Below, one piece after another: positions 37,083 through 46,663 of a DNA stretch of 64,000 nt. The position numbers were made by a program, and so were the translations under genes. The notes under the pieces are model-generated. The model was not told the origin of the DNA, made no database searches, and saw only the letters and a list, made by a program, of their open reading frames with translations. Each line of letters opens with the position of its first letter. Within the stretch, counting starts at the first letter, position 1. The DNA is from an uncultured Eubacteriales bacterium (GTDB lineage Bacteria; Bacillota; Clostridia; Peptostreptococcales; Anaerovoracaceae): positions 7,325 through 71,324 of the forward strand of contig CACYFZ010000004.1 of NCBI GenBank assembly GCA_902773835.1. The letters run 5' to 3'.

Positions 37083-38534
37083 TTAGTTACCGTGGAATGA
37101 TTCATAATCTTCCAGCTGTATTATTCTCATAGAGTTGGTCACAGATCTTTGATAGCTGTGTCTTCCGGCTACTACACCCGCAACGAATACGAGTATATCA
37201 CCGTTATCTGCAAATTTATTCTCTCTGATAATATCCAGGCAGTCTTCCATAAGCTCATCCGTGGAGTGCGCACGTTCAGCCAGAATCGGTCTTACGCCCC
37301 AGAAGAGCATCATCTGTCTGACAGTTCCCGGATTAGGCGAGAAAGCGTAAATATCCGATGCAGGACGGCATTTGGATACTTCCAGAGCCGTGATACCTGA
37401 TGTGGTCGGAGTAATAATTGCCTTTGCTTCAAGTTCCTTAGCAGCTGTTACAGCGGCCATACATGTGGTGTCTGAAATCGGCGACTCAGTGGCCGCATGA
37501 ATAGTATCAGTCTTTGCGTACTGCTCTGTGTACTCTGCAATTTCAGCCATCATCCTAAGAGCTTCTATCGGATAATTACCGTTTGCAGTCTCTCCGGAGA
37601 GCATAACGGCATCAGAACCGTTATATACGGCATTTGCTACGTCAGTTACCTCTGCTCTTGTAGGGCGAGGGTTTCTGATCATGGAATCAAGCATCTGAGT
37701 AGCAGTGATTACTACCTTTCCTTTGGCATTACACTTAGCTATAACCTCTCTTTGAAGCTGCGGTATCTTATGAGCCTCTATTTCCACTCCGAGGTCTCCT
37801 CTTGCGACCATGATTCCGTCTGCAGCATCGAGAATCTCATCGAGGTTATCTATACCTTCTTTGGACTCGATCTTAGCAATTATTCCCGTATATGCCTCAG
37901 CAGTTCTGATCATCTCTCTGATCTTATTGATTGTTTCCGCATTTCTGACAAATGATGCGGCAATGTAATCAAAACCGTTCTCAATTCCGAACGAGATATC
38001 ATCGAGGTCTTTCTCCGTAAGGTCGGGAAGGCTGACGCTTCTTCCCGGAATGTTTACTCCCTTGCGTTCTCCGACTATTCCGCCGTTTACAACGCTGCAA
38101 AGTACATCCCTGTCTTGTATTTCTTCAACCTTCAATTCAATAGATCCGTCATCTACAAGAATGGTAGTTCCTACGGAAACATCATCTGCGAGCTTATCGT
38201 AAGAAACATATAAATGCTCCGCAGTTCCCTCGATGTAATTGTTATCATACATAGGGGACATAAGAGTTTTACTACCCTTTTTAAGAACTACAGGCTCATG
38301 CCCTTCCAGCAATCCCGTACGAATCTCCGGTCCCTTTGTATCAAGAAGCGTGGCGACCGGTCTTCCGATTTCTTCTGCGGCAGCACGGACTTTTTTCATC
38401 ATTTCCAGCTGACTGTCATGCGTTCCGTGGGAGAAGTTAAATCTGGCCACATCCATTTCTTTTATCAGTTCCTGCAGGATTGAATCATCCTGTTCATTTG
38501 GTCCCATCGTACATACTATCTTGGTTTTTCTCAT
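37083..38534 (-). CDS. pyk: Pyruvate kinase
   Basis: 483 aa beginning MRKTKIVCTMGPN, with MVARGDLGVE also present. Confidence 0.9.
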   Translation of the reverse strand: MRKTKIVCTMGPNEQDDSILQELIKEMDVARFNFSHGTHDSQLEMMKKVRAAAEEIGRPVATLLDTKGPEIRTGLLEGHEPVVLKKGSKTLMSPMYDNNYIEGTAEHLYVSYDKLADDVSVGTTILVDDGSIELKVEEIQDRDVLCSVVNGGIVGERKGVNIPGRSVSLPDLTEKDLDDISFGIENGFDYIAASFVRNAETINKIREMIRTAEAYTGIIAKIESKEGIDNLDEILDAADGIMVARGDLGVEIEAHKIPQLQREVIAKCNAKGKVVITATQMLDSMIRNPRPTRAEVTDVANAVYNGSDAVMLSGETANGNYPIEALRMMAEIAEYTEQYAKTDTIHAATESPISDTTCMAAVTAAKELEAKAIITPTTSGITALEVSKCRPASDIYAFSPNPGTVRQMMLFWGVRPILAERAHSTDELMEDCLDIIRENKFADNGDILVFVAGVVAGRHSYQRSVTNSMRIIQLEDYESFHGN

Positions 38535-38644
38535 CTTTTTCCTCTTTTTTCTATGGTCTTCTCAAAACATACATTGTCAATAATAACAAAATACCGCTGT
38601 ATTTCAAGCGGTATCCCGGTTTGTTATTAAATTATATTGTGTTT

Positions 38645-40051
38645 TTATTCAGACAAGTACTCGTCTATGGAAGCTGCGGCTACTTTACCGGCGCCCATGG
38701 CCGAGATAACAGTAGCAGCGCCTGTAACAGCATCTCCGCCGGCATAGACGGCATTACGTGAAGTAAGTCCGCCTTCGTTTACAACGATGCCGCCACGCTT
38801 ATTAACTTCAAGGCCTTCTGTAGTATCCTTGATAAGCGGGTTAGGACTCGTACCGATGGACATGATTACAGCGTCTACCTCGAGCTCAAACTCACTGCCC
38901 TCAATAGGAACAGGTCTTCTTCTGCCGCTCTCGTCAGGCTCTCCGAGCTCCATCTTGATGCAGCGGATGGCTCTGACTGTACCGTTCTTAGGATCCCTAG
39001 GATCATCAGGATTGTTATATCCGAGAATCTCGATAGGGTTATTGAGCAGACGGAAATCGATTCCTTCCTCCTCTGCGTGCTCAACTTCCTCAGCACGTGC
39101 AGGGAGTTCCTCCATGGATCTTCTGTAAACAACGTATACCTTCTCTGCTCCGAGTCTGAGAGCTGTTCTTGCAGCGTCCATTGCAACGTTTCCGCCGCCT
39201 ACAACAGCTACTCTGCCGCCCTTCATGATAGGAGTGTCAGGGTCATCCTTGTAAGCCTTCATGAGGTTGGAACGTGTCAGGTATTCATTAGCAGAGTAAA
39301 CTCCGATCAGGGACTCGCCCGGGATATTCATGAAGCTCGGAAGTCCTGCTCCTGAGCCTACGAATACAGCTTCAAATCCGTCATCGAAGAGTTCATCGAT
39401 TGTAAGTGTCTTACCGATAACAGCGTTAGTGACAACTTCTACTCCCAGTTCCTTAAGTCCGTCTACCTCTCTGGCTACGATGGCCTTAGGAAGTCTGAAC
39501 TCAGGAATACCATATACAAGAACGCCTCCGGCTGTGTGAAGTGCCTCGTAAATTGTTACTTTGTAGCCCTTCTTAGCGAGGTCTCCTGCACATGTAAGAC
39601 CTGCAGGACCTGCTCCGACTATAGCAACCTTGTGTCCGTTTGATTCAGGGGCCTTTGCAGCCTCCTTGACGTTTTCGTTATGCCAGTCAGCTACGAATCT
39701 CTCAAGACGTCCGATACCTACAGGCTCGAACTTGATACCGAGAGAGCATACCTCCTCGCACTGGGTCTCCTGAGGGCAAACTCTTCCGCAAACAGCAGGA
39801 AGTGACGATGTCTCGCTGATTATCTGATAAGCAGCTTCGAAATCCCCTTCTTTAACCTTCTGGATGAACTCCGGAATCTGTACGTTTACCGGGCATCCCG
39901 CTACGCAAGGTCTGTTCTTGCAGTTGAGGCATCTTGAAGCCTCGGCAAGTGCTGTCTCTTCGGAATATCCAAGTGCTACCTCTTCGAAATTATGCGCACG
40001 CACTTTAGGGTCCTGTGCAGGCATCTCATGTTTTTTAGGATCAATTGCCAT
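38645..40051 (-). CDS. nfnB: GltD/SudA-like NADPH-dependent oxidoreductase; probable NfnB subunit
   Basis: 468 aa with two Cys clusters (CLNCKNRPCVAGCP, CGRVCPQETQCEEVC) and two GxGxxG dinucleotide sites. Confidence 0.7.
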   Translation of the reverse strand: MAIDPKKHEMPAQDPKVRAHNFEEVALGYSEETALAEASRCLNCKNRPCVAGCPVNVQIPEFIQKVKEGDFEAAYQIISETSSLPAVCGRVCPQETQCEEVCSLGIKFEPVGIGRLERFVADWHNENVKEAAKAPESNGHKVAIVGAGPAGLTCAGDLAKKGYKVTIYEALHTAGGVLVYGIPEFRLPKAIVAREVDGLKELGVEVVTNAVIGKTLTIDELFDDGFEAVFVGSGAGLPSFMNIPGESLIGVYSANEYLTRSNLMKAYKDDPDTPIMKGGRVAVVGGGNVAMDAARTALRLGAEKVYVVYRRSMEELPARAEEVEHAEEEGIDFRLLNNPIEILGYNNPDDPRDPKNGTVRAIRCIKMELGEPDESGRRRPVPIEGSEFELEVDAVIMSIGTSPNPLIKDTTEGLEVNKRGGIVVNEGGLTSRNAVYAGGDAVTGAATVISAMGAGKVAAASIDEYLSE

Positions 40052-40067
40052 TACTATTCCTCCCTTC

Positions 40068-40943
40068 CTATGCGTTTGCGCCGTTCTTTAATTCGTCGGC
40101 AGCTTTATGCAAATTACATACGTGGTCATGTGCTTTTCTCTCGAAGTCGAAATATGTGCGACCTCTTGCGATAGCTTCGTCGAAATCAACCTCGTAACCG
40201 TTGAAATCAGGGCCGTCTACGCAGGCAAACTTCATTACGCTGCCCTCTTCCGTATGGAGAGTAAGTCTGCAGCATCCGCACATTCCCGTGCCGTCTACCA
40301 TGATCGGGCTCATCGATACGGTTACAGGTGCGTCGAATTCCTTGGCTGTGAGGGTTACGAACTTCATCATGATCAGCGGTCCGATAGTGATGATCATATC
40401 GAATTTTTCGCCGGCTTCGAGCATCTCCTTGAGAGGAATCGTTACATTACCCTCTCTCTTGTATGATCCGTCATCAGTCATTACAATCAGGCGATCTGAG
40501 CAGGCATCAAACTCCTCTTCGAGTACTACGAGATCCTCGCTTCTGAATCCGATGATGCTTGTAACTTCTGCTCCGATTTCATGGAATTCCTGAGCAACCG
40601 GCAGAGCAATAGCACATCCGACTCCTCCTCCGACTACGCATACCTTCTTGATTCCTTCAGTTTCAGTAGGTCTTCCGAGAGGCCCTACGAAGTCCTGCAG
40701 GTATTCGCCTTCCATAACCCGGTTGAGTTTTTCCGTGGTGGCTCCTACTACCTGGAATATGACCTTTACTGTGCCGTCTTCCTTATTTGTGCCTGCCACG
40801 GTGAGAGGAATTCTCTCTCCGTCTTCATCAACGCGCAGTATTATGAACTGACCTGCTTTGGCCTTGCGCGCAACCAAAGGAGCCTCTACTTCGATCTGCG
40901 TGACCGTCGGTTTGAGAGATCTCCTTCTGACTACTTTGTACAT
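40068..40943 (-). CDS. nfnA: SudB-like FAD/NAD-binding subunit with a C-terminal 2Fe-2S motif; probable NfnA subunit
   Basis: 291 aa with the motif GTGMCGCCR. It lies directly upstream of the GltD-like subunit. Confidence 0.7.
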   Translation of the reverse strand: MYKVVRRRSLKPTVTQIEVEAPLVARKAKAGQFIILRVDEDGERIPLTVAGTNKEDGTVKVIFQVVGATTEKLNRVMEGEYLQDFVGPLGRPTETEGIKKVCVVGGGVGCAIALPVAQEFHEIGAEVTSIIGFRSEDLVVLEEEFDACSDRLIVMTDDGSYKREGNVTIPLKEMLEAGEKFDMIITIGPLIMMKFVTLTAKEFDAPVTVSMSPIMVDGTGMCGCCRLTLHTEEGSVMKFACVDGPDFNGYEVDFDEAIARGRTYFDFERKAHDHVCNLHKAADELKNGANA

Positions 40944-40986
40944 TTTTCCCTCCTCCGTAGTGTATAAAAAACAACATGTAATTACG

Positions 40987-41008
40987 TATAATTATCATGA
41001 TAATTATA
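40987..41008. promoter_or_regulatory. Perfect 22 bp palindrome, 45-65 nt upstream of nfnA
   Basis: TATAATTATCATGATAATTATA is made of NATWAT-like hexamers and overlaps a TATAAT -10 candidate. Confidence 0.4.
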
Positions 41009-41101
41009 GCATACTATTAAACAGCACCGCCCGAAAAAGGCGGCTGTTTCGTTATCAGTTTATCTTGATGAATGTTGAAATTGCAAACATTTCTGCTCTT
41101 A

Positions 41102-42067
41102 TCATATCTTTCTTCGCAAAAGAGTTTCATCCCTAAGCGTATTGTTTGCAGCTGCCTTGCCGAGACGTCTTTCAAGGGCAAGCATATCCGGTTTTGCACC
41201 TATGAAAACCGCTTGATTATCTATACCCGCTTCCGCTTCTCTAATAGCATACATTTTGTCTGCGACATCAAATCGGACATAATCATGTCCTGCCTTGATA
41301 GCTCCCTTGGCTCTTATAATCAGTCCGAATCTCGATCTGATTAGGTCTTCGAGCAAAAGTATCAGTTCAGAGACATTGTTTAGAGCAATGTCTCTGAACG
41401 ATACTTGCTCAAGTTTTGCAGATAAAGGCATACTGTCTGAATTACTGTTCTCTCCGATGTCAGTCGTATGCAACTCATCACAGGTGTCTGATAAAAGCTC
41501 TTCCCACCATGAATCTGCATGCATTCTATACGGAGTATCTGAGATTGCCGCTTCCTTGTTTATCTTTCTGATTTCGGAGCTGATTCTTTCAATAAGCTCC
41601 TCATTCTCGTTTTCTATTTTTGAGAAAATAATCTTATCGGCAGCGGCAATCTGATCTGCATATAATTCTTCGTACTCTGCCATATTATCGTAATATGACA
41701 TAGGTGAAATCACCACGAGCGGTTTTAAAGGCACTATCCTCTCATAGCTGACCTTCTGTATATTGGCCATTATATTGCTGAGTTTACCCACACCCGTAGG
41801 CTCCACCACAAGATACTCAGGATCTAGGCTTGCGGATATCGCAATAATTGTGTTGGCGAAGGAATCCTTTTTGCTGCAGCATACACAGCCTTCGGCAAAT
41901 TCCCACACCTTAAGTTCCCCGGACTCCTGTATGTCCTGCGAATCGAGATTGGTATCTCCGTATTCATTTTCGAGAACCACGATTTCCCTGCCCGTCCGTT
42001 TAATAAGCTCTTTGATAAAGGTCGTTTTTCCGGCACCGAGAAATCCCGAGACTACGAGAATTTTCAT
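41102..42067 (-). CDS. COG0523 (CobW/ZigA/YeiR-like) G3E-family GTPase, a putative metallochaperone
   Basis: 321 aa with P-loop GFLGAGKTT and the metal motif GCVCCS. It starts 18 nt after the alcohol dehydrogenase stop. Confidence 0.75.
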   Translation of the reverse strand: MKILVVSGFLGAGKTTFIKELIKRTGREIVVLENEYGDTNLDSQDIQESGELKVWEFAEGCVCCSKKDSFANTIIAISASLDPEYLVVEPTGVGKLSNIMANIQKVSYERIVPLKPLVVISPMSYYDNMAEYEELYADQIAAADKIIFSKIENENEELIERISSEIRKINKEAAISDTPYRMHADSWWEELLSDTCDELHTTDIGENSNSDSMPLSAKLEQVSFRDIALNNVSELILLLEDLIRSRFGLIIRAKGAIKAGHDYVRFDVADKMYAIREAEAGIDNQAVFIGAKPDMLALERRLGKAAANNTLRDETLLRRKI

Positions 42068-42085
42068 GCACTTTCCTGCTTATTA

Positions 42086-43183
42086 TTAGACCTGAATACC
42101 GTCAGTTGTGTGACCTTCAAGTACTACTACAGGCTTGATGAGGTCAGCCGGCTTATCCTTCATGAGCTGAAGTGCTTCAGGAATGTGCTCCCAACCTTCA
42201 AATACATGAGAAGCGAGCTTGCTTACATCGAGCTTGCCACTGGAAATGAGTGATCCCAGCTTCTCCATACGAAGTCTTCCGCCAGGCATGAGTCCGCCGT
42301 TGATCTGCTTGTGACCCATTCCTACACCCCACTCAACTCTTGGTATGGAAATCATGTCTCCGCTTCCGAGATAGTTAACGTTACCGATCTTTCCGCCAGG
42401 CTTAACTGCAGCTACAGCTGACTTGAATGTATCAACGTCTCCGCCTGCGATGATAACCTTATCAACGCCCTTGCCGTCTGTCATAGCAAGAACCTGATCT
42501 TCAATGCTTCCGTCCTTGTAGCTGATGAACTCGTCTGCTCCGTAGAACTTAGCAGCCTCTACGCACTTAGGACGTGTACCTACTGCGATGATGCGGGATG
42601 CACCTCTCATTGCACAGCCTGCAACTGACATAAGACCTACAGGTCCGATACCGATAACGAGCACGCTGTCACCGAACTGTACGTCGGCAAGCTCAACTCC
42701 GTGGAATCCTGTCGGAACCATATCGGAGAGCATGCAAGCGTCTACAACACTTACGCCTTCAGGCATGTGTGCGAGGTTTCCGTCTGCATCGTTTACATGG
42801 AAATACTCAGAATCAAGACCGTCCTTGAAGTTAGAGAACTTCCATCCTGCGAGCATACCGCCGGAGTGTGTGGAATATCCGCTCTGAGCCTCGAGAGAGT
42901 TCCAGTCAGGTGTGATAGCAGGAACATAAACTCTGTCGCCCGGCTTGAAGTCCTTAACGAGTTCTCCGACCTCTACTACCTCAGCGCAACCCTCATGTCC
43001 GAGAATCATATTGTGTCTGTCACCTACAGCACCTTCCCATACAGTATGAACATCTGAGGTGCAGATAGCGATTGCAAGAGGTTTACAGATAGCATCAAGA
43101 GGTCCGCACTTAGGAACTTCTTTTTCAATCCAGCCTACTTCGCCGATCTTCAGCATTGCAAATCCTTTCATCTTGTCAGCCAT
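42086..43183 (-). CDS. Zn-dependent NADP-type secondary alcohol dehydrogenase (TbADH/CbADH-like)
   Basis: 365 aa. The sequence MKGFAMLKIGEVGWIEKEVPKCGPLDAICKPLAIAICTSDVHTV closely parallels the Thermoanaerobacter and Clostridium secondary ADH N-terminus. Confidence 0.8.
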   Translation of the reverse strand: MADKMKGFAMLKIGEVGWIEKEVPKCGPLDAICKPLAIAICTSDVHTVWEGAVGDRHNMILGHEGCAEVVEVGELVKDFKPGDRVYVPAITPDWNSLEAQSGYSTHSGGMLAGWKFSNFKDGLDSEYFHVNDADGNLAHMPEGVSVVDACMLSDMVPTGFHGVELADVQFGDSVLVIGIGPVGLMSVAGCAMRGASRIIAVGTRPKCVEAAKFYGADEFISYKDGSIEDQVLAMTDGKGVDKVIIAGGDVDTFKSAVAAVKPGGKIGNVNYLGSGDMISIPRVEWGVGMGHKQINGGLMPGGRLRMEKLGSLISSGKLDVSKLASHVFEGWEHIPEALQLMKDKPADLIKPVVVLEGHTTDGIQV

Positions 43184-43414
43184 AACTAGCTCCTTTCTGA
43201 TAAGAAAACGTTGTTTTAAAATATACTTTAGTGGGTACTGTAAAATTGTTAATAAAATAACAATCTCTACTTATAAAGTATACTTTCTGGTGTTTGTTAA
43301 ATCAATAACAAACCGGCCGACTCGATTGTACTTTTTAATGTGCAAAGTGCTGTGCTGTATGTTGCTATTTCATTTCTCTGTAAACCTGTATTATATTGTG
43401 TTTCGATTGTTTTT

Positions 43415-43511
43415 TGGCGGGAGTATGTGGGAATCGAACCCACCCGAGAGGCTTCTAACCCCTTACAACGGTTTTGAAGACCGCGAGGCACACCAGCACC
43501 TATCTACCCCC
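43415..43511 (-). tRNA. selC: tRNA-Sec (anticodon UCA), copy 2
   Basis: The minus strand reads GGGGGTAGATAGGTGCTGGTGTGCCTCGCGGTCTTCAAAACCGTTGTAAGGGGTTAGAAGCCTCTCGGGTGGGTTCGATTCCCACATACTCCCGCCA. It differs from copy 1 at 7 of 97 positions. Confidence 0.85.
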
Positions 43512-43518
43512 TCATTTT

Positions 43519-43577
43519 AAAAAAATTCGGACTGCGCCTCGTTTAGGGAGATGAACTGACTTAAGAGGCGCAGTCCT
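43519..43577 (-). terminator. Long hairpin plus U-tract after grdD
   Basis: On the minus strand, GGACTGCGCCTC, then a 25 nt loop, then GAGGCGCAGTCC, then GAATTTTTTT. The U-tract ends 7 nt before tRNA-Sec copy 2. Confidence 0.65.
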
Positions 43578-43598
43578 CATAGTATGGTAAGTAAACAA

Positions 43599-44756
43599 TT
43601 AACTGATAAATCCTTCACCCTTGAGAATATCGCAAGCCTTTTCGAGGTTAGCTTCTGATACTCTTATAATCGGACCCGTACAGCCCATTCCGCTCTCTGC
43701 ATAGATGTTCTGTTTCCAGAGTGCATGTACTCCGTCCTCGAGATCCATTACCTCAATTCCGGCTATAGCCTCGGTAACAATCTCTGAAGGAGGTGCTTTT
43801 ACTTCCTCTGCTTCGGCCGTTGCCGGCTTGGCAGCTGCTTTTCTGGCATCAAGAATGCTCTTTAATCCTGCCTTTGATGCTGCTGCAAATTCCTTTGAAG
43901 CAATCTCGAAGACGTTAGCTCTTACGAGCTGCGCCGCATACTTGATGGCACCTGCGATTACCGGTGCGCCGGAAGCTCTTGAAATAATCATGACAAGTCT
44001 GTCATAACCCTCTCCGATTCCAGGTCCGTATCCGTATCCGCTGGCCTCATAGCTTCCGCCTGTTTGGAATGCGGACATTGTCTTGACAAGAACATTTCCC
44101 GTAAGAGAGTCCGTAACCATGATATCAGGTGTTCCCTGCAGAAGGTCATTACCTCTCATAACGCATCCGCCGTCAGCCCTTGCAGACTCAGCGAACTTGA
44201 TAGGGTAGCCCTTATCAGCGAGCTCTTTGAGAATAGTCTCTGTCTGGCGTGCGCCGTCAACATTGAGTATACCTACGCTTGGTTCCTCAACTCCGCAGGC
44301 CTTGGCAGCGATAATGCCGTAAATGGCATTTTTTACCATTCCTTCGATTCTGTCAGTGCTGGATGTTCCCGTTGTATTAGCGATGAACATTTCCTTTCCG
44401 CGTCCCGGTGTCACAACTCTTCCGACAGTGGATACACCGATAGGGAACGGATAATGCATGGTAACTGCAGCGTCTACTTCTCCGTTTGAGAGAAGTTCTT
44501 CCATCTTTGCATGACCTTCTTCATCATCCTTTACCTTTACGGTAGTCACACCCTCTGCTTCGAGAGTTCCGATGTAATAAACATCAACACCCTCCTTTGC
44601 AGTCATGAGAGCCGCCTGCATGGAGTTTTCTTCTCCATGCTCGGAACCCATGCCGGTGAGTGCGATTTTAGGTCTTTTGCCGTAGCTTCCGCTTTCGATA
44701 CCATTGGCCATTTCAAGGAAGGTCTCAGCGATCATTTTTTGTATATTCTGAGCCAT
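43599..44756 (-). CDS. grdD: Glycine reductase complex protein C, alpha subunit (PlsX-like)
   Basis: 385 aa with PlsX-like sequence. It lies immediately after grdC. Confidence 0.85.
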   Translation of the reverse strand: MAQNIQKMIAETFLEMANGIESGSYGKRPKIALTGMGSEHGEENSMQAALMTAKEGVDVYYIGTLEAEGVTTVKVKDDEEGHAKMEELLSNGEVDAAVTMHYPFPIGVSTVGRVVTPGRGKEMFIANTTGTSSTDRIEGMVKNAIYGIIAAKACGVEEPSVGILNVDGARQTETILKELADKGYPIKFAESARADGGCVMRGNDLLQGTPDIMVTDSLTGNVLVKTMSAFQTGGSYEASGYGYGPGIGEGYDRLVMIISRASGAPVIAGAIKYAAQLVRANVFEIASKEFAAASKAGLKSILDARKAAAKPATAEAEEVKAPPSEIVTEAIAGIEVMDLEDGVHALWKQNIYAESGMGCTGPIIRVSEANLEKACDILKGEGFIS

Positions 44757-44767
44757 TATGCCCTCCT

Positions 44768-46315
44768 TTACTCTGCCATAAGTCCTGCAGCGAAATCTTT
44801 AAGTGCGCTTGCAATCATGCTCTTAACTTCAGACTCGGATACTCCGGATCCGCCGCCTGAGCTCTGGCCTTTGTTAGCCTCGATTACAAATGAAACACCG
44901 TCGAAGAGGTTTGTCATTCTGCCGAGGAAGAGACTTCCCTTACCTATAACCATAGCTCTTGAAATGTCTCCTGCGAGCATCATGTCGCGGCAAGGTCCCA
45001 TGAAAGGAACTCCTGACGGAATGTGACCCTGTGTAGGAGCCCATCCCTTCATGCCGTGTTCAGTGATGAAGCTTGCAAGCTGTGCTTTTTCGAGATCTCC
45101 TCTCTTAACACCGAGAGCAGCAATCATCTTGTAGTTGGATTCAGGTACATCTCCCGCTCCTGCAGGCTTTGTGATATCCGGATTCTGCATCTCAGGAGCA
45201 TACTTGTCGATGTCAGTGATTCTGAGACCTGCCTCATCCAGAGGATCAGTTACCAGTGAGCTGATAACTGCCTGAGGGGAAGAACCTGTTCCTACTTTAT
45301 GTCTTCCTATGATATCGCTTCTGATAATAGGATCTGTGCCGTTGTCTTCACTGATTAGAACGGAGAAACCTGCGAGGCAATCCTCGAGTACAGGCATGCC
45401 TTTTTCTACATGGCTTTTACCGTTCATTCCCAGCTTTGCGGTACAACCGCCGGCCGTAACCACTACGTTTTTGAATGTGCCGGATTTTACGAGAGCAGCA
45501 GCATTCAGAATAGCGTGTGCAGGTCCTGCGCAGAATCCTCTCACGTCGGATCCCGTTGCATTGTTCAGCCCTGCGATTTCAGCAGCAGCCTTAGCGAAGT
45601 TGCCGCCGCCTCTTTGGTTCATGTCACCGCAGGCTTCCTCTGCACAGTCGATTACGTAATCAACTTCATCAGGATTGATGCCTGTAGCCTTTACGAGGTG
45701 CAGAAGCGAAAGAACGCTTGTGGCCTTGCTGGAGATGTTCTCAAGCATTACGTGGGCCGAGAGGTTTACGTCTACATCGTGAGCTCTCTTGACAGCTCCG
45801 ACCAGCTCGTCATTCATATACAGCCCGCATGCGCCGTCGTTCTTTACTGCATCTTCAATCTGCTCTTTAGTGAACTGGTTCTTATCGAGAACTGCAACCT
45901 GCTCGTCGGTAAACATACCTGAAGCAGCAAGCTTAGTCTTAACTCCGGCAGCAAAGCCGGCTTCGAGCTCTACGAGGTCGAATACGTCACAGATCTGCAT
46001 CAGTCCGTAGTACTCATCCTGAGGCATGATCTCTCCGTACTTACCTGTGCGGTCTTTAACCGGAGCAGCCTTGTCGTGCCATGGCATCTCAATGCCCTCG
46101 AGGTCCTTGCTTGTCATGTTACCGATATATACCTGGTTAGGTGCATATGCGAGAACATCTTCATAAGATCTGAGGTGCTTAGGAAGTTCCTTGAGATATT
46201 CTCCGTCAGGATTTACTACTCTCTCGGTTACCTGTGTAGCTCCGTCATGAATAACCATGTCCGGAGTATGTGCAAGCGTATAGCTTGCTCCTTTGATTAC
46301 TGCATAATCGCCCAT
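44768..46315 (-). CDS. grdC: Glycine reductase complex protein C, beta subunit (thiolase/FabH-like)
   Basis: 515 aa. Its length, thiolase-like sequence and position match GrdC. Confidence 0.85.
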   Translation of the reverse strand: MGDYAVIKGASYTLAHTPDMVIHDGATQVTERVVNPDGEYLKELPKHLRSYEDVLAYAPNQVYIGNMTSKDLEGIEMPWHDKAAPVKDRTGKYGEIMPQDEYYGLMQICDVFDLVELEAGFAAGVKTKLAASGMFTDEQVAVLDKNQFTKEQIEDAVKNDGACGLYMNDELVGAVKRAHDVDVNLSAHVMLENISSKATSVLSLLHLVKATGINPDEVDYVIDCAEEACGDMNQRGGGNFAKAAAEIAGLNNATGSDVRGFCAGPAHAILNAAALVKSGTFKNVVVTAGGCTAKLGMNGKSHVEKGMPVLEDCLAGFSVLISEDNGTDPIIRSDIIGRHKVGTGSSPQAVISSLVTDPLDEAGLRITDIDKYAPEMQNPDITKPAGAGDVPESNYKMIAALGVKRGDLEKAQLASFITEHGMKGWAPTQGHIPSGVPFMGPCRDMMLAGDISRAMVIGKGSLFLGRMTNLFDGVSFVIEANKGQSSGGGSGVSESEVKSMIASALKDFAAGLMAE

Positions 46316-46325
46316 AGTAGTCTCC

Positions 46326-46643
46326 TTATACGTACTTCTCTACCATTTCCTTTACTGCATCAGCAGTAGCATCGTCCTTTACGAGCTCTTCTACTTTCTC
46401 ACCGTCCTTGTAGATAGCGATTACAGGAAGACCCATTACCTTCTGACCGATAGCTACTCTTCTGGCCTTTGTTGTGTTAAGCGCCGTGAATTTCAGTTTG
46501 TCACCGTACTGATCTGCAAGTGCGTGTACGTGTGGCATAAGAGCCTGGCAAGGTACGCATCCGTCGCCGTAGAAATCTACTACTACGTATCCTTCTGCGT
46601 TCAATACTTCTTCATCAAATGTTTTCTTATCCAGTTCCAGCAT
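46326..46643 (-). CDS. trxA: Thioredoxin (grd-associated type)
   Basis: 105 aa. The active site is GCVPC rather than WCGPC. Confidence 0.85.
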   Translation of the reverse strand: MLELDKKTFDEEVLNAEGYVVVDFYGDGCVPCQALMPHVHALADQYGDKLKFTALNTTKARRVAIGQKVMGLPVIAIYKDGEKVEELVKDDATADAVKEMVEKYV

Positions 46644-46663
46644 TGTTTTGTCCTCCTTTGAAA

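Noticed and set aside
43512-43577. A dedicated promoter for tRNA-Sec copy 2, using the TAAAAT at 43514-43519 as the -10 element.
   Set aside because: The -10-like hexamer ends only 2 nt before the mature 5' end, and there is no -35 match 17 nt upstream. Read-through and processing is more plausible, but it is untested.
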